DNA from: Vulcanimicrobiota bacterium | GTDB lineage: Bacteria > Vulcanimicrobiota > Xenobia > Xenobiales > JADMJV01 | Length of the DNA: 64,000 nt | Assembly: GCA_050250895.1 (NCBI GenBank) | Contig: JBFWNU010000009.1 | Coordinates: forward strand, 239,247-303,246 | Direction of reading: 5' to 3' | Part shown: positions 1-9,045 of the stretch, piece by piece | Numbering within the stretch: position 1 is the stretch's first letter | Layout of the letters: each line of letters starts with the position of its first letter | Program-made: the position numbers and the translations under genes | Notes under the pieces: generated by a model | Databases searched by the model: none | What the model was told of the DNA's origin: nothing | What the model saw: only the letters and a program-made list of their open reading frames with translations

Positions 1-749
1 AGGCCCACGAGACGCCAGTTGCCGGCTTGTTCTCGGCGGTAGCGAAACCAGAGGTTGCCGGCCACCACCCTGAATCGACCATCCTTGGTGCGAAGCTCGA
101 GTGAAACACGCGCCTGACCATCCCACTCGCGCTCGCTTGGGTCCAGGAAGCGACCATCGACGAAGGTGGCGCGAACGTTGTGGAAACAGGCCACATCGTC
201 CAGCAATCGCCCCAAGATTGCAGCCGGGTCAAACGCGCGCACCTCGGTGCCAGGCATGGTCTCGATCACCTGCCAGGAGCAGCCGAGTGCCTGCTCGACC
301 GAGGTGTCGAGGGAAGGGCCGAAGAGTTGAGGCTGAGCCCGAAGCCCGAGCAACTTCGTTGGCAAGCGCAGCTCCATCAGGGCCCTGGCGGCGGCCTGTA
401 AATCGGGTTCTAGCTCGTCGCAGAGCAGGAGAGCCTCGGCGGCGGGAATTCGCCAGGTTGCCTCGATGCCTGAGTAGATTAGAGCCCGGCCGTAGAGCGC
501 CCCCGAGAGCGGGAGCAAAAAGGCCACTGTCAGAGCCGTCTGGCGTTGTCCAGGCAGACGCCATCTCCAGCACAGCAGAAGACCCAAGACCACCAGAAAC
601 AGGCGCAGGGCCGCAATCAACCACAACACCTTGCGATTTTCGACCTCGGGTTCATCCAAGACCCACAGTCCCACCACGGGACCGGATAGCAGGGCCCCGG
701 TGAAGACAAGCACCAGGCCCAACAAGCGATCGCGGGTCCAAAATTTCAT
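1..749 (-). CDS. Membrane-anchored hypothetical protein, 5' part; runs off the left edge of the window
   Basis: Manual translation from ATG at 749 (GGGGG RBS): MKFWTRDRLLGLVLVFTGALLSGPVVGLWV..., about 3 hydrophobic segments, open to position 1. Not in the ORF track because it has no stop in the window. Confidence 0.75.
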   Translation of the reverse strand, partial: MKFWTRDRLLGLVLVFTGALLSGPVVGLWVLDEPEVENRKVLWLIAALRLFLVVLGLLLCWRWRLPGQRQTALTVAFLLPLSGALYGRALIYSGIEATWRIPAAEALLLCDELEPDLQAAARALMELRLPTKLLGLRAQPQLFGPSLDTSVEQALGCSWQVIETMPGTEVRAFDPAAILGRLLDDVACFHNVRATFVDGRFLDPSEREWDGQARVSLELRTKDGRFRVVAGNLWFRYRREQAGNWRLVG

Positions 750-802
750 CGCCCCCAATTCTGCCCGGCAGGACTAAACCCTACCGCGGTAAACGCTGGC
801 GC

Positions 803-1549
803 GTGAGCCAGGTCTGGGAGGCTATCGAGGAATATCAACAAGCGCTAGGCTGGAGCACGGTGCTCGATGCCGGCACGGGACACAGCTCCTTAGGGTGGCT
901 GACCAGGCTGGAATGCCAGGTCTGGACGGCGGTGACGGCAAGCCCCAAGCGATATGCAGACCTTCAGGCCGACCTGGGTGCTTCGATTCGCTTGCAAGAC
1001 CGCCTCGTTCTAGGCAACTGGCTCGACGAGCAACTGCTCGACCGGCAATGCTTCGACGTAGTGGTGGCTCACTATCTCTTGGGCGCGCTCGAGCGTTACA
1101 GCCCATATTTCGAGTTCGCACTCCTCAAGCGCCTTCGTCGCCACGCATCGGGTCGGCTCTACTTTGTGGGGATGGAGCCGTCGCGCAAGTTCGCTAGTCA
1201 GGAAGAGCATCTGATGCACCAGCTTTTCTGTTTTCGCGACGCCTGCTACCTGCACGCCGGCTCTCGGGGTTATCGAGAATACCCGATGAACTGGGTGCAA
1301 GAGCGCCTGGGCGAATGCGGATTTCGCACCCTAGAAACGGCGGTCTTTCCAAACATTTACGGCGAGAATTATCTCGAACAGTTCTTCAACGCTTGTCGCT
1401 ACCAGTTAGCCGAGATCGGCTGCCCCGAACTCAGAGCAGTGCTCGAGCAGCGAGCCGACAGCCTGCACGCTTCGACTCTGGAGGCAGTCCAGCGCCACCA
1501 TCGCTTGCGCGCGGGCTTTGACTATCTCATCGTGGCCGAGGCAGTGTGA
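803..1549 (+). CDS. Class I SAM-dependent methyltransferase-like protein
   Basis: VLDAGTG motif I and FDVVVAHYLLG motif; overlaps next gene (GTGA). Confidence 0.75.
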   Translation: MSQVWEAIEEYQQALGWSTVLDAGTGHSSLGWLTRLECQVWTAVTASPKRYADLQADLGASIRLQDRLVLGNWLDEQLLDRQCFDVVVAHYLLGALERYSPYFEFALLKRLRRHASGRLYFVGMEPSRKFASQEEHLMHQLFCFRDACYLHAGSRGYREYPMNWVQERLGECGFRTLETAVFPNIYGENYLEQFFNACRYQLAEIGCPELRAVLEQRADSLHASTLEAVQRHHRLRAGFDYLIVAEAV

Positions 1550-2589
1550 GCCGGGCTTTCGCCACCGTCTTGCGAGCCGCCCGGGGTCAGCCAGTCGGAC
1601 CGCCCGAACTTCTCGAGGGCGAGTGGGGCCGCCTGACCGAGTTGCTGGTCCACCATGGCTTGCTGGTGCCGGTGGCCCGAGAGTGGCTCGCTGAGGAAGT
1701 CACACTGCCGGGGCGCGTGCGCGATTTCTTGCTCCGGGCGCAGCGGCAGCACGCTCTGCGGGCTAGCCAGCAGCTACAGGTGCTAACCAGTTTGGCGGAG
1801 CAGTCACCGATCCCAATATTGGCATACAAAGGCTTGCCCCTATCAGCTCTACTCTACGGAGACCCGTTGGAGCGAAGCTCGAGCGACATCGACATCTTGA
1901 TTCACCCCGCCGACCTGCAACCCGCTGTCAAGTTTCTAGAGCGACTTGGCTTTCGCCAGCGCCTGCCCCGTCCTCTCGAGGGCGAGCTACTCGCCCTGCT
2001 GGCCCGGACGGGAAACGAGCTCAGCCTGGAGTGGGAGGGCGTCAGCCTCGACCTTCACTGGCGACTGCTGCCCACCTATCTGAGCTGTCTTACCACCGAA
2101 GAGCTTTTCGAGCGCAGCCAGGTCTGGCAGTGTGGCTCAACCGCGGTCCGAGTGCTATCCCCCCGAGACCGGGTGGCCGCGATCTGCCTGCACGCCACTA
2201 AGAGCTGCTGGGAGAAACTGCGCTGGCTGCGCGATCTGGATGCCGCCAGAGAGGTGGCTCAGGTGAACAGCCCCAGTGGAAGGGCCGAAGAGCTCGGCTG
2301 GAGATTGCTCAATTTGCTCGAGCGCTCTCCCGCGGACCCCTGGGAGAGTTCGCTGCTCGAGTCCTGGTGTCACCCGCGGGGGCGCGGCCCCGGCCAGCGA
2401 CGCCTGATGATCGCACACTCGCTCGGTCGCCGATGGAGTGCTCTCCGATTTCTGACGGGCTTTGCGGTCACTCCGACGGCGCTCGATTACTCGAGCCGAC
2501 AGCTTCCCCGCGCCCTCTGGGGTCTCTATCCCTTCCTGCGCCTCTGGTCGCTGGTTGTCAAAGGCTCAGAAACGCAGGAAAAGCTCTGA
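1546..2589 (+). CDS. Nucleotidyltransferase family protein (NTP_transf_5-like)
   Basis: LAYKGLPLS..LYGDPLERSSSDIDILI, LDLHWRL and LRWLRDL motifs typical of this family. Confidence 0.85.
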   Translation: MSRAFATVLRAARGQPVGPPELLEGEWGRLTELLVHHGLLVPVAREWLAEEVTLPGRVRDFLLRAQRQHALRASQQLQVLTSLAEQSPIPILAYKGLPLSALLYGDPLERSSSDIDILIHPADLQPAVKFLERLGFRQRLPRPLEGELLALLARTGNELSLEWEGVSLDLHWRLLPTYLSCLTTEELFERSQVWQCGSTAVRVLSPRDRVAAICLHATKSCWEKLRWLRDLDAAREVAQVNSPSGRAEELGWRLLNLLERSPADPWESSLLESWCHPRGRGPGQRRLMIAHSLGRRWSALRFLTGFAVTPTALDYSSRQLPRALWGLYPFLRLWSLVVKGSETQEKL

Positions 2590-2609
2590 AGGTGCCGCAA
2601 GTGGTCGCC

Positions 2610-3845
2610 ATGACGGAGTGCAACACGCTGACCGCATTCTGGAGCGACTTTTGCCGCAACCACTGGGAGTCCAGACCCGGACAGTTTCCGGGCTTCTTCT
2701 CGAGCCCCATCGCCAGCCCCACAGAACTCTTTCAGGCCTGCTTGGACAAATCCGGAGCCGGTGCCTCGGATCGCATCTGGGTGGCCAGCCAGGACAGCTA
2801 TCAAAAGGTTGACTATAGCAAGTTTGGGCCGCGCACCGAGGATGTCGATCTGGATGGCTTCTTCGAACGGATAGATCAGAACCTGAAAGGAAGGCCTTTC
2901 GGTCTCAATCGCCACGCTCTCCAGCTAGGCTCGGCCGAGCTGTGGTTTCGCTTTCGCCAGTTCCTGCGCGATTTTCATGAGCTTCTCGGGTTGCCTACCG
3001 GACGCTGGGATATCGATACCTTCTGGGGCACCTACGCCGCTACTCCGTTCGGTATCCATGTCGACAACGCCAGCGTGTTCGCCATCGGAGTCAAGGGCTA
3101 TCGCACCTACTACACCTGGCCCCGAGACTACTTCGAGGAGGATGACCCAGCCCTGCACAGTCCCGACCCCGGGGTTATCGACCCCCACAAAGCCGAGGCC
3201 GTTCGCCTGGAACTGGGCCCCGGTGATATGGTCTATTGGCCGTCGAGCCATTGGCACGTAGTGACCTCCGACGGCAGCCCGTCGGCGGTGATCCAGCTCA
3301 GTTGCTATTTTGACTTCGACCTGGCCCAGGTGGTGGGCAACCTGTGCCAACGGCTGGTGAAGACCCAGGCCGATCGATTCTACGGACAGGGTAGCGACCT
3401 TCCAACCTGCCTGGCCGAGGCGGGGCGCTGCGTCGAGGAGAGCCTGGGCGAGCAGTTAGAAACATTTTGGCTCAAGCGGTATACCGCCGACGCATTCTGG
3501 CAATACCCGGCCATGGAGCCGGCCGGCGGATTACCATCCTCACTTCGCCTGGAAGAACGGGGACGAATAGCCTGGCGCGAGAGTGGCGGGGGCTCGCTGG
3601 TTGGCTGCAACGGCCACGTTCTACGCTCAGCCCTCAAGCCCGCGGACCTCGAGGCCGGGTTGAGGGACATCGCTAGCCTTCCGGCCGGGTTACAGACGAT
3701 GCTCTATCGCGCCCGCGGGCTGCGACCTGACGATAAGTCGAGCCGCGCCGACAACTGTGGACTCTTACGCGAAGACGTCGACCTTCGGGAAATGCGTCGT
3801 GGGTGGACGCGCAGGGAGGAACGTGACGGGTCGCCCGGTCGATAG
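2610..3845 (+). CDS. JmjC/cupin 2-oxoglutarate-Fe(II) oxygenase-like protein
   Basis: FGIHVD...LGPGDMVYWPSSHWH gives the HxD...H facial triad; start ATG 2610 (or GTG 2592/2601) just after the NTase stop. Confidence 0.8.
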   Translation: MTECNTLTAFWSDFCRNHWESRPGQFPGFFSSPIASPTELFQACLDKSGAGASDRIWVASQDSYQKVDYSKFGPRTEDVDLDGFFERIDQNLKGRPFGLNRHALQLGSAELWFRFRQFLRDFHELLGLPTGRWDIDTFWGTYAATPFGIHVDNASVFAIGVKGYRTYYTWPRDYFEEDDPALHSPDPGVIDPHKAEAVRLELGPGDMVYWPSSHWHVVTSDGSPSAVIQLSCYFDFDLAQVVGNLCQRLVKTQADRFYGQGSDLPTCLAEAGRCVEESLGEQLETFWLKRYTADAFWQYPAMEPAGGLPSSLRLEERGRIAWRESGGGSLVGCNGHVLRSALKPADLEAGLRDIASLPAGLQTMLYRARGLRPDDKSSRADNCGLLREDVDLREMRRGWTRREERDGSPGR

Positions 3846-3873
3846 TGACATTCGCCAACGCGACCCTATGGAA

Positions 3874-4341
3874 TCACTTCTTGCCGAGCAAGCCACTAAA
3901 GGGGATGTGAGTGCCGAACTCGGTCAGGCTGTTGACGAAGCTCTTGAGGGCGCTCTCCTTGGAGGGGTCGAAGGCTTTGCCGTTGTGGTGCACCTGGACG
4001 ACCTTGCCCACTAACGCCGACTTGGGCAAGATTTGGGCTTTGCGCTGGCCGTCGTGGGTGACGGCGAGAAAGCTGTCTTCAGCGGTGATCTTGAGCTTGA
4101 TGAAGCGGCGCAGCATCAGGTCTTTGCCTGAGCGCACATAGATGACATCGCCGGCTTTGAGCTTGGTGAAGACAGTGGGCTGGAGTTCGATCTCCGATCC
4201 CGGGGGCACCAGCGTCTTGAGGTCGGAGTGGGTGATGCGGAGCTTTTTCGACTTGCCCGATTGAAAGGCTTGGGCAGCGATGGATGCAGTGTTGAGATCG
4301 CGAGCCACGCTCGCCTGGAAGGTTGAATAGTCGTTCGCCAT
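3874..4341 (-). CDS. Peptidase S24/S26-fold protein, probably catalytically inactive
   Basis: ATG 4341 with AGGAGA RBS; LRITHSDLKTLVPPGSEIEL..LKAGDVIYVRSG..LMLRRF..LVGKVV resembles the S24/S26 layout. Confidence 0.6.
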   Translation of the reverse strand: MANDYSTFQASVARDLNTASIAAQAFQSGKSKKLRITHSDLKTLVPPGSEIELQPTVFTKLKAGDVIYVRSGKDLMLRRFIKLKITAEDSFLAVTHDGQRKAQILPKSALVGKVVQVHHNGKAFDPSKESALKSFVNSLTEFGTHIPFSGLLGKK

Positions 4342-4546
4342 ATCTTTCTCTCCTGGTGGCCTTACCCATCGCCCCTGGCGGCCGATAATAGGATAGCATG
4401 GGACTTTGGGGCTAGTCGACCCGAAATTCCTACTATGCCAGACGTATGCCTCCGAACGAACCGCTCGGTTTAAGCCGCAATCGAGCAGGGCAAAGGTATC
4501 TGTTGCTAAAAGGTTGCCAGGCCCAAAACTGAGTTCGGAGGTACAA

Positions 4547-5578
4547 ATGTCCCAAGGCAAACTGGTCACGCTGACCCGCCATATCCTCGAGGAGCAGACG
4601 AAATTTCCCGAGTCGCGGGGTGCCTTCACCAGAATCCTGTGGGATCTGACCCTGGCCTTCAAGATCGTCAGCCGCGAGGTCAACAAAGCCGGACTGGTCG
4701 AGATCCTGGGCGAGACCGACGACAACAACGTCCACGGCGAGACCGTGATGAAGCTCGATCGCTTTGCCGACGACCGCATCTTCAAGGCTATGGACCACGG
4801 CGGCCAGCTGTGTTGTATGGCCTCGGAGGAGTGCGAACATCTGATCAAGATTCCGGCCCGCTTCGAAAAAGGCGACTATGTGCTGGTGTTCGACCCCCTC
4901 GACGGCTCGTCGAACATCGACAAGAACGTCTCGATCGGCACCATCTTCTCGATCTTCAAGCGCCTGGGCGGCAGCGGCGACGGTGAACTGGCCGATGCCC
5001 TGCAGGCAGGCGTCAAGCAGGTCGGAGCCGGATATGTCATCTACGGCTCGTCGACGATGTTGGTCTACACCACCGGCCGCGGCGTGCACGGGTTCACCCT
5101 CGACCCTTCGGTAGGCGAGTTCTTGCTCAGCCATCCCGACATCAAGATTCCCGAGCGAGGCAAGGTCTATAGCATCAACGAGGGCAATTACAACTATTGG
5201 GACCAGGGCACGCGCGACTTCGTCGATTATCTCAAGACTCCCGACGCGACCGATGGTCGTCCTTATTCGTTGCGCTACATTGGTTCGCTGGTGGCCGACT
5301 TCCACCGCAATCTTCTGGCCGGCGGAATTTTCCTGTATCCGACCGACTACAAGGACCCGGACAACCCCAGGCCGAAGCTGCGCCTCCTCTACGAAGCCGC
5401 CCCGCTGGCTTTCATCGTGGAACAGGCCGGAGGCCTGGCCACCACGGGTGAGCAGCGAATCATGGAACTCACACCGGGCTCGCTACATGAACGGGTTCCG
5501 CTGATTATCGGCAGCAAGTGGGAAGTCGAGAAATACTGCGAGTTCTTTCAGCGAGCAAAGAGCGCTACCACTGCATAG
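4547..5578 (+). CDS. fbp: Fructose-1,6-bisphosphatase class 1
   Basis: FDPLDGSSNID, RYIGSLVADFHR, KLRLLYEA; GGAGG RBS before ATG 4547. Confidence 0.97.
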   Translation: MSQGKLVTLTRHILEEQTKFPESRGAFTRILWDLTLAFKIVSREVNKAGLVEILGETDDNNVHGETVMKLDRFADDRIFKAMDHGGQLCCMASEECEHLIKIPARFEKGDYVLVFDPLDGSSNIDKNVSIGTIFSIFKRLGGSGDGELADALQAGVKQVGAGYVIYGSSTMLVYTTGRGVHGFTLDPSVGEFLLSHPDIKIPERGKVYSINEGNYNYWDQGTRDFVDYLKTPDATDGRPYSLRYIGSLVADFHRNLLAGGIFLYPTDYKDPDNPRPKLRLLYEAAPLAFIVEQAGGLATTGEQRIMELTPGSLHERVPLIIGSKWEVEKYCEFFQRAKSATTA

Positions 5579-5589
5579 CCGGAGCCTAG

Positions 5590-6939
5590 ATGCCCAAGAG
5601 AACCAAGATCTACCTGCTCGACACGAGCGTCCTCCTTCATCGTCCTGAAGCCATCTTCTCGTTCGGAGAACACGATGTGGTCATTCCCATCGTGGTGCTC
5701 GACGAGCTCGACAACTTCAAGAAAGGCTCGATGGAGATCAACCGCAATTCGCGCCAGGTCATCGGCCTGTTTGACGACCTGCGCAATCGCGGCCCGGTGA
5801 GCCAGGGTATCGAACTCGAGACCGGAGGCACACTCAAGGTCGATGTGGTCTATATTCGCAAGGCCGGCGAGCAAATGCCGCCCGGCTTCGGCAACAACGT
5901 CGACAACCTGATCCTGGCCACGGCCGTCGGTATCAAGAACGACAACCCCGGTCGCAAGGTGGTGCTGGTCACTAAAGACATCAACATGCGGGTCAAGGCC
6001 GAGGCGCTGGGGCTGGTGGCCGAAGACTATCGGGCCGACCAGATTGTCGAGATCAACGAGCTCTACACCGGTCATCAAGACCTTACGGTCGAGTCCGGGC
6101 TGGTCTCGCGCATCTATGAAGAGCGCGAACTGCCCATCGATGCCCTCAATCTCAACGGCCACAAGCTCTACCCCAACCAGTTTGTGATGCTAGCCGCGGC
6201 CGAATCGTCGTCGACCGCCCTCACCCAATTCGACGGCGAGAGCCTGCAGCTGCTGCGCGACCCGCGCCACGACATCTGGGGTATCCGACCGCTCAACCGC
6301 GAGCAACGCTATGCCATGGAGATACTGCTCGACGACCAGATTCCGCTGGTCACCCTGGCCGGCAAGGCCGGCACGGGCAAGACCATCCTGGCCATCGCCT
6401 CGGGCCTGCAGAAGGTCATGAATGACAAGATCTATCGGCGCCTGGCCATTTATCGCCCGGTCATTCCCATGGGTCGCGATATTGGCTATCTGCCGGGCAC
6501 CGAGCAAGAGAAGCTCTCGCCCTGGATGCAACCGATTTTCGACAACCTCGAGTTCTTGCTCAACGAAGGCGACCGGGGCAACAAAAAGGGCGGCACCAGC
6601 AAGCTCGACTATCTCATCGACTCGAACGTGCTCGACATTCGCGCCCTGACCTATATTCGTGGTCGCAGCTTGCCGCAGCAGTTCATCGTGGTGGACGAAG
6701 CCCAGAACCTGACCCCCCACGAGGTGAAGACCATCATCACCCGAGCCGGCCACGGCACCAAGCTGGTACTCACCGGCGACCCGTACCAGATCGATAGCCC
6801 CTATCTCGACGCCACCTCGAACGGGCTGACCCACGTGGTCGAGAAATTCCGCGGCCAGAAGATGGCCGCCCACGTCACCCTGGTCAAAGGCGAGCGTTCG
6901 CCCCTGGCCGAGCTCGCCTCGACCTTGATGGAACGCTAG
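5590..6939 (+). CDS. PIN-domain PhoH-family ATPase (PhoH2/YlaK-like)
   Basis: N-terminal PIN (LLDTSVLL, DNLIL, VTKDINMR) plus GKAGTGKT, IRGRSL, DEAQN, GDPYQID. Confidence 0.93.
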   Translation: MPKRTKIYLLDTSVLLHRPEAIFSFGEHDVVIPIVVLDELDNFKKGSMEINRNSRQVIGLFDDLRNRGPVSQGIELETGGTLKVDVVYIRKAGEQMPPGFGNNVDNLILATAVGIKNDNPGRKVVLVTKDINMRVKAEALGLVAEDYRADQIVEINELYTGHQDLTVESGLVSRIYEERELPIDALNLNGHKLYPNQFVMLAAAESSSTALTQFDGESLQLLRDPRHDIWGIRPLNREQRYAMEILLDDQIPLVTLAGKAGTGKTILAIASGLQKVMNDKIYRRLAIYRPVIPMGRDIGYLPGTEQEKLSPWMQPIFDNLEFLLNEGDRGNKKGGTSKLDYLIDSNVLDIRALTYIRGRSLPQQFIVVDEAQNLTPHEVKTIITRAGHGTKLVLTGDPYQIDSPYLDATSNGLTHVVEKFRGQKMAAHVTLVKGERSPLAELASTLMER

Positions 6940-7401
6940 ATGCCGGCCCACGAGAAAGCCTTATACGCCTTCGCTGAAGAGGCCGAGACCCAGTATCGCC
7001 GCCTGGCCGAGTTCGCTCGCTCGCTGGGGGTCGAATCGGCGGCCGAGATGTTGGGCGAAAAGGCCGGCTGGATGCGCACCATCCTCGATGACCGCGATTC
7101 GGCCGAGCGCCCCTCGGCCGAAGAGCAACTCATCAAAGCCGAAGCCCTGTCCGAAGCGCGCCCCATTCTGGTCGAGCTGCAACAGCGGCTGCAAGCGGCC
7201 CTCGAGAACTGGCCCCCTGATGGACCCGAAGCCTTCCAGCAACTGGCTCGCCAGGTAGGCCAGGCGGCCGACCGCATGGCCAGCTTGTCGGCTCAGCGCA
7301 CCCACGGCACCCAGGCCATCAAGAAAAAGCGCCGCCGCTGGGGCGCCGAGCCGCCAGCCGCCACCGAGCCGCCCATCTTTCGCCCCCCCACCAAGCGTTG
7401 A
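6940..7401 (+). CDS. Hypothetical helical protein
   Basis: Starts immediately after the PhoH stop; coding-like composition. Confidence 0.6.
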   Translation: MPAHEKALYAFAEEAETQYRRLAEFARSLGVESAAEMLGEKAGWMRTILDDRDSAERPSAEEQLIKAEALSEARPILVELQQRLQAALENWPPDGPEAFQQLARQVGQAADRMASLSAQRTHGTQAIKKKRRRWGAEPPAATEPPIFRPPTKR

Positions 7402-7637
7402 TCTTGCCGTATCGCTACGAGGTTATCGAGGGGAAGCTTTACGCGACGGCCCCGCCCACCATCATTCACCAGATCCTGTCGAAGCGGCTTCTCTTCCAAC
7501 TCTACGAACTCGAGTTGGCCGGCGACGGCTATCGTATCGACACGGTTCTGGGCGCCGAGGATCGTCACTGTCCGCCCGACCTGGCCGGGGTGGAGTTCGA
7601 TATGCGGAAACTGTTTGCGGACCTCCCCGCGGATTGA
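7398..7637 (+). pseudogene. Internally deleted Uma2 (DUF820) endonuclease
   Basis: RYEVIEGKLYATAPPTIIHQ is a Uma2 N-terminus and LAGVEFDMRKLF a Uma2 C-terminus; the central PD-(D/E)xK core is missing; only 79 aa. Confidence 0.7.
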
Positions 7638-7641
7638 ACCT

Positions 7642-8376
7642 CTACGGGACCGAATCGAAGGGATGCATGGTGTCGGCCTGGTGCATCTGATCAAAGGGAT
7701 GCATCGGGCCGTACGGCGTCAAGTGCCCGCAAGGAAAGCGATGAGCGCAGGGCATCAGGTGCTGGCACGGCACTCGCCTCACCGTGGGTGTCGGGGCCGG
7801 ACCACCCCCACGATAGCCTGTTAGAACGAGTTCTGCTCGCACGTGGCCTGGACTATGCGTGTCCCAAGCCGGTGAGGGAGGCAGGGAGCGCAGGTATCCC
7901 AAGACGGGTTCAACATCATACCCCGCGGCGGCCAGAAAGCGCCCCGCGTAGACGTCGGCTTCATCCTCGTCCTGAGTGTGCGTAAACCGCATGCGCCATT
8001 GGTTGCCCTGTGGGTTATAGATGTTCGGGACGTGTCCCAGGGCCTGATGACCCCATTCGTGGGCAAACTTGTAAGCGTGGATCGGTCTTGGCTTCTGCAT
8101 CGTCGAGACATCCAAGATGATCACTCCCCCCGGCCTGGCTTCCCCCCAGCGGAAGGTTTGCCCAAAGACCACCTGAAATTCCTGACCCGAGAATTGGCGT
8201 AGCTCTTGATAGATTTCCCAAGCTTCTTGCTGGTTGGGGCCCAGATTTCTCAAACCGTTATAGTAGTCGGACCACTCTTGCAGTTCGTAGCCCGAGCCCT
8301 GGGCCAGGCATGGCCCGGACGAAGAAAGCAGAACAAAGAAAACCAGAACACCAATGAAGAACCTACTCAAGTACAT
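7642..8376 (-). CDS. Secreted M48-like zinc metallopeptidase with Cys/His-rich tail
   Basis: Signal peptide MYLSRFFIGVLVFFVLL..CLA; FAHEWGH (HExxH), EDEADVYAG, THSP..R. Confidence 0.8.
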   Translation of the reverse strand: MYLSRFFIGVLVFFVLLSSSGPCLAQGSGYELQEWSDYYNGLRNLGPNQQEAWEIYQELRQFSGQEFQVVFGQTFRWGEARPGGVIILDVSTMQKPRPIHAYKFAHEWGHQALGHVPNIYNPQGNQWRMRFTHTQDEDEADVYAGRFLAAAGYDVEPVLGYLRSLPPSPAWDTHSPGHVRAELVLTGYRGGGPAPTPTVRRVPCQHLMPCAHRFPCGHLTPYGPMHPFDQMHQADTMHPFDSVP

Positions 8377-8480
8377 TCGATACCCCCGAAAGAAGAATGG
8401 ATAATCTACACTTTTCACCCGGAGCCAGAGTTCCTGCCCTGCGCGTCCGGGTGGCCCTGGATCTCGGGCCGTCGAGTCGC

Positions 8481-8486
8481 TATAAT
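8481..8486 (+). promoter_or_regulatory. Perfect sigma70 -10 box, likely a leaderless promoter
   Basis: TATAAT ends 6 nt before ATG 8493. Confidence 0.5.
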
Positions 8487-8492
8487 AAAAGG

Positions 8493-8915
8493 ATGAAGAG
8501 GCGATTTGACCAACTTGCAGCCAGTGTAGCTTTCCTACTTCTCTCGATAGCCGTCTACCACGCCGGCATCGACTATCTCCACACCAAGACCCAAGACTCA
8601 CCCGCTGGCGTCTGGAAACAGTACGTCGAATACGACGGCGAAACGTTCTATCTCGCGACCTTCCGCTTTGACGAGCACAACCAAGATTTTCAGGTCGAAT
8701 GCCTCGATGTGTCGCCAATGGCCTATCCCCAGTCCGGCTTTCGCACCTTCGGACACTACTACGACGGCACCAACTGGATGTTCCACTCGGATTGGCACGA
8801 GCACGGTGTCGCCCTGTTCCAACTGACGAAGGTCGAAGATGGTCGCTTCGAAGGATGGGCTTATCTACACGGCAAGAAACGCCCTTACAAGCACATCCTC
8901 GTCAGAGCAGAGTAG
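8493..8915 (+). CDS. Small secreted or membrane-anchored beta-rich protein
   Basis: MKRR followed by a hydrophobic stretch, then PAGVW and an aromatic-rich domain; followed by a terminator. Confidence 0.7.
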   Translation: MKRRFDQLAASVAFLLLSIAVYHAGIDYLHTKTQDSPAGVWKQYVEYDGETFYLATFRFDEHNQDFQVECLDVSPMAYPQSGFRTFGHYYDGTNWMFHSDWHEHGVALFQLTKVEDGRFEGWAYLHGKKRPYKHILVRAE

Positions 8916-8928
8916 AACAACGCCAAGG

Positions 8929-8961
8929 AACGCCGGGTCACCAGGTGGCCCGGCGTTTTTT
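8929..8961 (+). terminator. Intrinsic terminator
   Basis: AACGCCGGGTCAC-cag-GTGGCCCGGCGTT stem ending in a T6 tract. Confidence 0.85.
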
Positions 8962-9045
8962 CTATGGCCGCGCGCAGGAGTCCGGGGCTGCGCCTAGTAG
9001 TCTGCACGATATTTTTTCGCGGAATCGCCGCCAGAAAGGCACCCC

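Noticed and set aside
101-703. 200-aa plus-strand ORF
   Set aside because: Low-complexity Arg/Pro-rich translation; the minus-strand membrane protein is the better gene call
5590-6939. PIN-PhoH as a novel toxin or defence system
   Set aside because: Well-known widespread fusion; no antitoxin-like upstream ORF (fbp precedes it directly)
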